Source: a virus (Duplodnaviria > Caudoviricetes). Taken from it: 64,000 nucleotides of DNA. Below the pieces are notes generated by a model that saw only the letters and a program-made list of their open reading frames with translations, was not told where the DNA came from and did no database searches. The translations under genes were made by a program, and so were the position numbers. Shown piece by piece: positions 34,151-42,023 of this stretch (positions are counted from its first letter, which is position 1; every line of letters begins with the position of its first letter). Where the stretch lies: the IMG/VR virus record IMGVR_UViG_3300017766_002535, positions 1,580-65,579 of that record, one strand, 5' to 3'.

Positions 34151-35961
34151 TGGTTACTGGAATTGGAGGGAATCACCCACCAAGGACCAAAGCGCAGGCG
34201 GCCGAGGAGCTGGCCGCACTCCTCTGCCGTGGCGGGATCTACACCACGCCCGGCGTGCTGACCGAGCTGTTCGATGGGCATTGGTCGAAGCTGACGGTGC
34301 TGGCGCACGCGATCCACGACGATTGGAAGCCGCCGGCGAGCGCGTCCAACGCGGTGCTTTTGCAGGAGGGCAAGTGATGCCGAAGCTGACAAATCGGCTT
34401 CTGAAGCGCGCATGTCGGATCGCCGTGGAGGCCAGCAAGGTCCAGGGCGAACTAACGGAAGCCTTTAACGAGCGTTACGGCTGCACCTATTCGGACGTGG
34501 ACGCTGACCCACTGATTGATTCGCTCGATTACGGCGGGAGTGTCGTGACGGTCGATGACTGCGATCAGATTATGACGGACGCCGGGTGCCCACCGCTTTC
34601 GTCGCGAGACCAAGGAGGACAGCCTTGAGCAAGGATCCAACCCCGAAGGCTGACATGCTCCGCGCCAAGCGCGAGGCCCGCTACGGTAATAGCCAAGCGA
34701 CAGTCGGCGATATGGACCTGGGGCCGCTCCCATCTAAAACCCGCAAGCTGATTCCCTATGCGGGAGCCCCCAAAGGGAACGCCAACGCCGGCCGCACACG
34801 CGCGCCGGTCGACAAATCACCCGAAGCTGTGGCGGCCAGGAAGGCCGTCGCGGCCAAACGCAAACCAAGGAAGGCGAAGACGACATGAGGGGTTTTAGAA
34901 GCATCGGCCATGTGATGATGTCAGCTGCAGCCGCAGTTGCGGCGCTTGGTGCCGTGAATCTACGCCGTGAATCTCCTGCGGTCGCCCGCGACGGCAACCC
35001 GCGAGACCCGAGGCGGCCGATGAAAGCCGAGCCGCGCTACGAGCCGCTGCAGCCGCGCGTCACCACATACTTCCATGGCAACGGGAAGCGGGAATGCGAT
35101 CGGCGCCGCAGACAGATCGCCCTCGGCCAGCTGCGCCACGAGAACGGCGTGGCCGCTGACGTGCCGATGATCTTCCCGACGAGGCGAGCGGCCTTGAGCA
35201 AGGAGTCCGCCGCCCGCGTCGCCGCCAGGGCGGCTTGGACCGGCGATATGATCGGGATGCAGGTTCACCCCGCCGCCTTGAGGTCGGTAGATGCGTCGTC
35301 TTAGCCGTATCGTAGCCGTCGGCTGGCTGCTGGCTGGGTCTGTGGCTGGGGTTGCGGCTACCTCGGCGCAGACCGTCGGCGAGGGTGGAACCGAGCCTAT
35401 CTTTCGCTGCGTCGTCGACTATCTGAGGGTCGACGGCCTGCCGCTGGTACAGCACAGCTGGTGCACGCGTAAGACGCCCGGCGGCCCGATCATCCCGCTC
35501 CTGTCCCTGGAAGGGCAGGGCCATGTGTTCGGCATCAAGCCGTGGACGGCGCCACCGGCGCCGCCGATCCCGAAGCAGCAACGGAGGCTGGAGTGACCGA
35601 CGTGACGAACGGGGTAACCCCATGCCCAAGGTGCCCGAATCCGAATTTCTGCTACGTGCAGGGGTGCTTGGGTCCACCGAAGCAGGATGAGCCCGCCAAG
35701 CTCGGCCCCGTCACACCCATGTTTCCGGACAGCCCGCCGGAGGAATCGTCGCTGCAGCAGGCCATGCTGGACAGCGGCGCGAAGCCCGTCGAGGGCGTGG
35801 TGCCAACCTTCCGGACCAACGAGGGCACGGTGTTTCTGGCGTCGCCTGCCGACATCGATCGCGCCAGCATGATGGATTCGGTCTCGGCCACCAAATTGGC
35901 GCGCGCCACCAAGGTCAGCAACGCCGAGATCGACCGGCTCATGAAGGAGGACCGGGACTGA
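34150..35961 (+). CDS. Six coupled small hypothetical proteins (34150-34377, 34377-34628, 34625-34888, 34885-35304, 35291-35596, 35593-35961)
   Basis: TGATG/ATGA overlaps and SD sites; 35291 has a signal-peptide-like N-terminus. Confidence 0.6.
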
Positions 35962-36257
35962 TGAAACTGGCAGACATCCTGCGCGCGGGTAAGGAGCACA
36001 TCAAGACTTTGGGCTGGGTCCAGGGCGACGAGAACGTGTTTCAGCTGCATAGCATGAAGCGCTGTGCGGCCACCGCGATGGCCCCTGTTAATTGGTCTTA
36101 CGAGGAAACAGAACGAGCTTGCCGGTTTTTTGAGGCGGCCAACGGCATCGAGAGCGGCGTCATCGCCGACTGGAATGACGCGGACGGCCGCACCGTCGAG
36201 GAGGTGCTGGCCGCCTATGACAAGGCTATCGCCGACGCCGATGCGAAGGGGGCCTGA
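35961..36257 (+). CDS. DUF6197-like phage protein
   Basis: LGWVQG...CAATAM...IADWNDADGRTVEEVLAAYDKAI. Confidence 0.65.
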   Translation: MKLADILRAGKEHIKTLGWVQGDENVFQLHSMKRCAATAMAPVNWSYEETERACRFFEAANGIESGVIADWNDADGRTVEEVLAAYDKAIADADAKGA

Positions 36258-36499
36258 TGGGCGTCCCGATGAGCTACGGCGAGTGTGACGACGGGCCGTG
36301 GCACAAGAAGCACCTCGCGCACCACGAACCGACCTACCTTGTGCCGATCGAGGAGTTCTCGAAGAAGGTGTATCCAGGCGTTCAGCGCGGCGCGCCGGGC
36401 TATGTGTTCGGGGTCTATACCTTCGATAAATCAATGGGGATGTGGCTCTGGACGCCGCCGAGTGAACCGGCAAAACGTGTGGACAACAAAACCCGCTGA
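36257..36499 (+). CDS. Hypothetical protein
   Basis: 80 aa, TGATG coupling. Confidence 0.6.
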   Translation: MGVPMSYGECDDGPWHKKHLAHHEPTYLVPIEEFSKKVYPGVQRGAPGYVFGVYTFDKSMGMWLWTPPSEPAKRVDNKTR

Positions 36500-36539
36500 T
36501 TGTGCCTGTGCCACAAGGCGATTGACGGCACAGCGATGA

Positions 36540-36935
36540 CACGGCAGGGTCCCACTTAACCAAGGGCGGCGATTCGCTTCGTCTGGTGGGAGGTCGATAG
36601 ACCTGAAAACACCCACAAGTCCTCTGTTGCATCGAAGGAGGACGGCATGCCTCCCGGCCGGAGTAAAGCCCGGCCAACCATTTCTGCCTCGGCGGACCGT
36701 GCCTGTGGGAGGCATGGCGAGAGCCACCGGTCTCACGTTTTGCCGGTCTGCCGAGGCGGGGACCAGTTTGGGGCTGTGGGTTTGTTGCGTTCGTCCCCGC
36801 GGTCCCCCGTTGATACACCGTGCGATGGAAGAAGGTGGAACGGCCCCGGCGGATGTACCCGGGGCCGTTTCCATGTCTGGCGCACGTCACCGCTACCGCT
36901 CCACCGAGCCCGCGCTCGGCCGGGACGCCGTATAG
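36540..36935 (+). ncRNA. Candidate structured non-coding RNA or late-operon leader
   Basis: At least 8 helices by eye, including 13-bp GCCTCGGCGGACC/GGTCTGCCGAGGC (36686-36757) enclosing a GAGA-tetraloop hairpin, and a 14-bp hairpin at 36836-36873. Confidence 0.5.
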
Positions 36936-36969
36936 GGGCGGTTTTCACTTAAACAGAAGGAATGCGGCC

Positions 36970-37431
36970 ATGGCCGAGGTTGGAATGAAGGCCGCTGCTG
37001 GCCAGCTCGTGATGGGCGCGGACGCCAATGGCGCGGCGCAGTTCCTGCGCGCCGACGGCGCAGCGTCGCCGATCCCGGCCGGCGCTACGATCATGAACGC
37101 GTCCAGCGGCAATATTGCCAACAACTCGGCCGCCGCCACGCTCGACGTCACCGCTCCCGAGTTGGCCTATGTCACCGGATTCGAGATCACCGCGGCCGGG
37201 GCCACCGGCGCCGCGATCGTGGTGGCCACCCTGGCTGGCGTGATCGGCGGGACCATGAGTTTCATCTTCGGCGTTCCGGCTGGCGCGACGGCGATGGCGA
37301 GCCCGCTTGTCGTGCAGTTCCCGCAGCCTATCCCTGCCGCTGCGGCTGGTACGGACATCGTGCTGACGCTGCCCGCCCTCGGCGCCGGCAACACCAACGC
37401 CGCCGTAGTGCTGCACGGCTTCAAGATCTGA
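36970..37431 (+). CDS. Ala/Gly/Thr-rich beta-sandwich structural (decoration-type) protein
   Basis: SD AAGGA; beta-rich small-residue composition. Confidence 0.6.
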   Translation: MAEVGMKAAAGQLVMGADANGAAQFLRADGAASPIPAGATIMNASSGNIANNSAAATLDVTAPELAYVTGFEITAAGATGAAIVVATLAGVIGGTMSFIFGVPAGATAMASPLVVQFPQPIPAAAAGTDIVLTLPALGAGNTNAAVVLHGFKI

Positions 37432-37433
37432 CA

Positions 37434-38123
37434 ATGGCCAAGCTCGACGCCGCCACCCGCGCAGCGATCGAGCGGGCGGCGGCCGAGCACGGCATCGAGC
37501 CCGCGTTGGCGCTGGCGATCGCCGAGCGCGAGAGCAACTTCGATCCCCGGGCACGCAACTCGAAGACGATCCGCGGTATGTACCAGATGCGCGGCGACCA
37601 CCGCGCCAAGCACGGCATCGGCGATTCCGACGATCCCTACCAGCAGACCAAGGGCTGGGGCGCGTTCTTCGGCGAGGTGAAGAAGGAGATGGCCGGCAAG
37701 CTCGGCCGCGACGTGACCGGCTCCGAGGGCTACCTGGGCCACCATTTCGGCGGCGTCCGCGCCGGTCGCATGCTCAAGATGGACCCGAACACCCCGGTCG
37801 ATCAGGTGTTCACGCCTTACGAAATGTCGATCAATCCGCATTTCGCCAAGGCCGGGACCGTCGGCAGGCTCAACTCGAGTATTCTGACCGACATCGACAA
37901 GCGGCAGGCCAAGTTCGGCGGCGCCGCGCCCGACCTGGGGCTGATCGACTTCGCCAAGATGGGCGAGCCGGTCGATATGGGTGGCGAAGATCGCAGCTTA
38001 AACGTCGGGAACCCGGCGGCCCATGACTTTTCACCGGCCTCATCCGAGGTCGCAAATCTTAACACGTCCGCGCCGGCCGCTTCGAGCGCCCCGGACTTCA
38101 GCCAGTTCGGAGTTCCAGCGTGA
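37434..38123 (+). CDS. Second lytic transglycosylase (SLT family)
   Basis: AIERAAAEHGIEPALALAIAERESNFDPRARNS..IRGMYQM...YLGHHFG. Confidence 0.85.
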   Translation: MAKLDAATRAAIERAAAEHGIEPALALAIAERESNFDPRARNSKTIRGMYQMRGDHRAKHGIGDSDDPYQQTKGWGAFFGEVKKEMAGKLGRDVTGSEGYLGHHFGGVRAGRMLKMDPNTPVDQVFTPYEMSINPHFAKAGTVGRLNSSILTDIDKRQAKFGGAAPDLGLIDFAKMGEPVDMGGEDRSLNVGNPAAHDFSPASSEVANLNTSAPAASSAPDFSQFGVPA

Positions 38124-38806
38124 CCATCGACCCAGCCAAATTCGAGCCCCAGGGCAAGCCGACCCGTGAACAGGTCCGCGCCGTGTGGGACGCCCACCCG
38201 AAGCCGAGCACCCGCAAGGTCCGCAATCTGCTGGTGGCGCGCGGCTTCGACATCTCGTTCCGCACGATCGCCCGATGGGTCAAGAACGAGTGGCGCGAGG
38301 ATGCCGCGCCGGGAGCTAAGCCGCTGGCCGAGAAGGGCGAGGTCCGCGCCGTCAACAAGGCCATCACGGCCGCGTTGAAGGCGGTCCCGAAGGAGACCGT
38401 CAAAGAGGCCGACATGATCGCGGAGGCCGGCGGCATCGAGGGCGCCGTGACCGGCGGCAAGCTGCAGGACGCGGACTATGCCCGCATCGAGGCGCGCATC
38501 AAGGCGCTGGAGCCGGAGTCGAAAGACAGGCTGCTGGAAATTCAGGAGCGCGCGCGGCTGGTCATGAACATCGTGCTGACCGAGGAGGCCACGCGCCGCG
38601 CCCACGTCATGGTGCTGATCCCGAAAGATACCGGGTCCTTCATCAAGGAGGTCAACGAGGCCGCGACCTCCGGAGGGCCGGTTGCCGTCAAGGTCGAGGC
38701 GCCAAACGCTGGCAACGGCGACGACGCCCGCGTGATCGAGGGCAAGGTCAACCCGCCGAGCGCGTTGTCCTTGAAGCTCCGGATGCTGCGTGAGGCCGTC
38801 GCATGA
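38120..38806 (+). CDS. Probable terminase small subunit
   Basis: N-terminal HTH (PSTRKVRNLLVARGFDISFRTIARW), helical body, upstream of TerL. Confidence 0.55.
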   Translation: MTIDPAKFEPQGKPTREQVRAVWDAHPKPSTRKVRNLLVARGFDISFRTIARWVKNEWREDAAPGAKPLAEKGEVRAVNKAITAALKAVPKETVKEADMIAEAGGIEGAVTGGKLQDADYARIEARIKALEPESKDRLLEIQERARLVMNIVLTEEATRRAHVMVLIPKDTGSFIKEVNEAATSGGPVAVKVEAPNAGNGDDARVIEGKVNPPSALSLKLRMLREAVA

Positions 38807-39033
38807 AGAGGTGCGACCGCTGCCAGCACGGAATCGACGACACTGATCCTGCGGGCACTGCGTTTGTGTTGTGCGCGTTGATCCCGCCCGCGCCGGTCCC
38901 GGTCTCCAAGGTGGTTGAGAATCAGCTTGTCACCGAGATCCAGTGGCTTCGGCCCGCGATGAAGCGGGAGGCTTGGTGCGGCCAGTTCAAGCTGAGCTGG
39001 ACGAAGCTATTCCGCCGTGGCCCGCGAACTTAA
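38803..39033 (+). CDS. Small Cys-rich protein
   Basis: RCDRCQHG...LCALIPP...WCGQFK. Confidence 0.6.
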   Translation: MKRCDRCQHGIDDTDPAGTAFVLCALIPPAPVPVSKVVENQLVTEIQWLRPAMKREAWCGQFKLSWTKLFRRGPRT

Positions 39034-40798
39034 AGGCACGCGGTACCTACCCAGGGCAAACCCGGACCTCGCTGAATATATCCAGCGAGAGCTGCGGTAT
39101 CTCGACTTCGATGGGACGATGGACTTCTACCTCGAATGCGAGAACTACCTGTCCGACTACGACAAGGCGCTGCTCAACGCCAACGACCGCTACTATCTGC
39201 TGACGCAGACCTGCAAACGCCTCGATGCGATCCATCCGTGGCTGTTCGAGCGGTGCCGCGAGGTGGAAAAGAGCACCGACGGTCACCTCGATCTGTGGGC
39301 GCGGTATCACTACAAGTCGTCCATCGGCACGTTCTCAGGGTGTATCCAGGAGATCATCATTGATCCCGAGATCACCATCGCTATCATGTCGTGCACAAAC
39401 GCCATCGCCCAGCCGTTCTTGGTGCAGATCCAGCAGGAGCTGGAGAATAACGAGGACCTGAAACGCATCCACTCCGATGTGTTCTGGCAGGAGCCGAAGA
39501 AGGAAGCCGCGCGCTGGTCTCGCACCACGGGGATCGTGGTCAAGCGCAAGTCGAACCCGAAAGAAGCCACCATCGAGGCGTTCGGCGTCATCGACGGCAT
39601 GCGAACCGGCAAGCATTATGGCTTGCTGAACTATGACGATCTTGTCACCGAGACGATGATCGACAACCCCGACATGATCAAGAAGGTCACGCAGCGGTGG
39701 GAGTTGTCGGACTCGCTCGGCCCGACGCACGCTCCGACCCGCAAGTGGCATTGGGGCACGCGCTATTCGTTCGCTGACACCTACGGCGTGCTGCTCGAAC
39801 GCAAGGTGCTCAAGGAGCGCCGCTACCCGGCGACCGAGGATGGCACGCTCAAGGGCAAGCCGGTGCTGCTGACCGACGAGAAATGGGCCGGCGTCAAACT
39901 GGCGCAGCGTTCGACCGTCAACGCGCAGATGTTGCTCAACCCGATCGCGGGCAACGAGTCGACCTTCGACACCAAGCAGTTCAGGCATTACGACGTGATC
40001 CCGTCGATCCTGAACGTCTACATCATGATCGACCCGTCGAAGGGCAAATCAAAGCGGTCGGATCGCACCGCCATCGCGGTGGTCGGGATCGACGTCGGCG
40101 GCAACAAATATCTGCTGGATGGTTACTGCCATCGCATGAAGTTGTCCCGCCGCTGGGAGCTGATCAAGCAGCTCAAGAAGAAGTGGGAAAACCACGCTGG
40201 CGTGCAGATGGTGCGCGTAGGCTACGAGCAGTACGGCATGCAGTCCGACCTCGAAGTGATCGAGGAGAACATGGCCCGCGAGGGCAATCACTTCGAGATC
40301 GAGGAGTTGAACACTCCGCGCGAGGGACAGCACTCCAAGAACGATCGCATCCAGCGATTGGAGCCCGACTTTAACCGCGGTGTCTTCTATATGCCGGCGA
40401 CGGTCTACCACCCGGAATATGGTGGCGGCATCGGTAACCAAGCCCTGTGGGACGTTTGGTCCGACGAAGATTTCAAGCGCCTGGAAGATGCTGGCGCCAA
40501 GGACAATCCGCCGGTCGGAACCATCGTCTATCGCCCGCAGCAGGGCATGACGAACAAGCAGAGGTTCTGCGAAGCCACGCACCAAAAATATCGCATCGTC
40601 ACCGCGCTCAAGCGCGTCAATGAAGATGGCGATATGTACGATCTAACGCGCGTTCTTATGGAGGAACTGCGCTTCCATCCGTTCGCCCCGCACGATGACC
40701 TCACCGACGCTGTGAGCCGGATCTACGACATGGAGCCCTTGAAGCCTGTGCCGTTCGAGTCGGTCAACGCGGAGATGAAGGCTCATCCCGACGCATGA
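39017..40798 (+). CDS. terL: Terminase large subunit
   Basis: Walker A-like ARYHYKSS, Walker B LLNYDD, coupling motif GTRY, nuclease IMIDPS..SDRTAI and HDDLTDAVS. Confidence 0.9.
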   Translation: MARELKGTRYLPRANPDLAEYIQRELRYLDFDGTMDFYLECENYLSDYDKALLNANDRYYLLTQTCKRLDAIHPWLFERCREVEKSTDGHLDLWARYHYKSSIGTFSGCIQEIIIDPEITIAIMSCTNAIAQPFLVQIQQELENNEDLKRIHSDVFWQEPKKEAARWSRTTGIVVKRKSNPKEATIEAFGVIDGMRTGKHYGLLNYDDLVTETMIDNPDMIKKVTQRWELSDSLGPTHAPTRKWHWGTRYSFADTYGVLLERKVLKERRYPATEDGTLKGKPVLLTDEKWAGVKLAQRSTVNAQMLLNPIAGNESTFDTKQFRHYDVIPSILNVYIMIDPSKGKSKRSDRTAIAVVGIDVGGNKYLLDGYCHRMKLSRRWELIKQLKKKWENHAGVQMVRVGYEQYGMQSDLEVIEENMAREGNHFEIEELNTPREGQHSKNDRIQRLEPDFNRGVFYMPATVYHPEYGGGIGNQALWDVWSDEDFKRLEDAGAKDNPPVGTIVYRPQQGMTNKQRFCEATHQKYRIVTALKRVNEDGDMYDLTRVLMEELRFHPFAPHDDLTDAVSRIYDMEPLKPVPFESVNAEMKAHPDA

Positions 40799-40806
40799 GG
40801 TAAGCC

Positions 40807-42023
40807 GTGCCGCCTTTCGTTCCGCCCAGGGTCAAGACCTTGGAGATTCCCTACAAAACTCAGGTGCTGCGCGCCGAGCCCGACTTCGAGGCGCTGCGCC
40901 GCAAGGAGCCGTTCTACGAGTTCACCGGCCGCACCTTCACCGGCAACCCCGCCAACCAGGGCGCGTCATCCGACGTTCCCAACATTCGCTGAGGACACTC
41001 GATGTCACAAATCACCCTTGTCGGACCAACCTACCATTCGCAGGAATTTAACACCGGCGATTCGGTCGAGCGCGGTCACAGCCCGAAAAAGCTGGTCGAC
41101 GACATCAACACCATGATGACCGAGCTTTATGCGGCCGACGCCGCTGCTGCTGCGGTAGCTGCTGTGGCCGCGCCGGTGGTGTTCGTGGACGTCGTAGTCT
41201 CCTCGGCCGAGCTGCTCGCGCTGTTCGCCACGCCCAAGACCCTGGTGGCGGCGCCGGCTGCGGGCCTGATGAATGTGTTCGAGGGCATCGTCATCTCGAA
41301 GCCCGCGGGCACGGCCTACGCTGGCGTCGCCACCGGAGAGGATCTGGCCGTTGGTTACACCGACGTCGCCGCGCCGCTCGCGACGGTCGAGACAACGGGC
41401 TTCCTCGATCAGGCGACCGTGCAGACCCGGTATGCGCCGGCCTACAGCGCCGCCTCCGGGGTGAACTCGATCACGCCTGCCGCCGCCGCGATCGTGCTCG
41501 GCCTGCTGGTCGGCGAAATCATCACCGGCACAAGCCCGCTGAATTGCCGGGTTTACTACCGCGTGATCCCGACGGTGCTCGCGTGAGTGGCGCCGTAGGC
41601 GACGAAGGCAGCATCGTCTCCTCAACGGAGATCGTCACCGCCGGCAAGCAGCACATGACCATCGAACAGCGGTACATTCCGCCGCTCGATGGCACCGTCG
41701 ACGAGGTGGACGGCTTCGACATGAGCATGGCGCGAGCCATCGCCGAGGTGCTGGTTCACTATTATCCGGGCTACGACTGGTACGTGATGGGCGAGTCGCG
41801 CCAGGGCATCGTCGCCTTCAGCATCCCCGACCTGATGGGTCCGACGCTGAAACAGGTCATCCGGCTCGCGCAGTTCTCCGACCTCAACAAGAAGCTGATC
41901 CGCGACACCGGCGGCGCGATGCTGGAGCGCATGGGCCTGCGCCGCGGGCCGATGGACCGGGCTGAGTACGCGAGGGCCAAAGCCAGTCGCCACCTGTTCG
42001 ACTTCGGGGATGTGAAACAGTAA
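40807..42023 (+). CDS. Three genes between TerL and portal (40807-40992; 41002-41586 beta-sandwich structural protein; 41583-42023)
   Basis: SD GAGG sites; composition typical of virion accessory proteins. Confidence 0.6.

Noticed and set aside
36647-36952. 101-aa ORF with a strong AAGGAGG SD in the structured intergenic region
   Set aside because: Product is Arg/Gly/Pro-rich with no coding codon bias and the SD is buried in a hairpin. Kept only as a possible regulatory leader.
36500-36960. Known ribozyme or riboswitch (hammerhead, c-di-GMP-I) in the structured region
   Set aside because: Core motifs (CUGAUGA/GAAA; GCAAA-containing P1/P2) were not found by eye; an Rfam scan is still needed.
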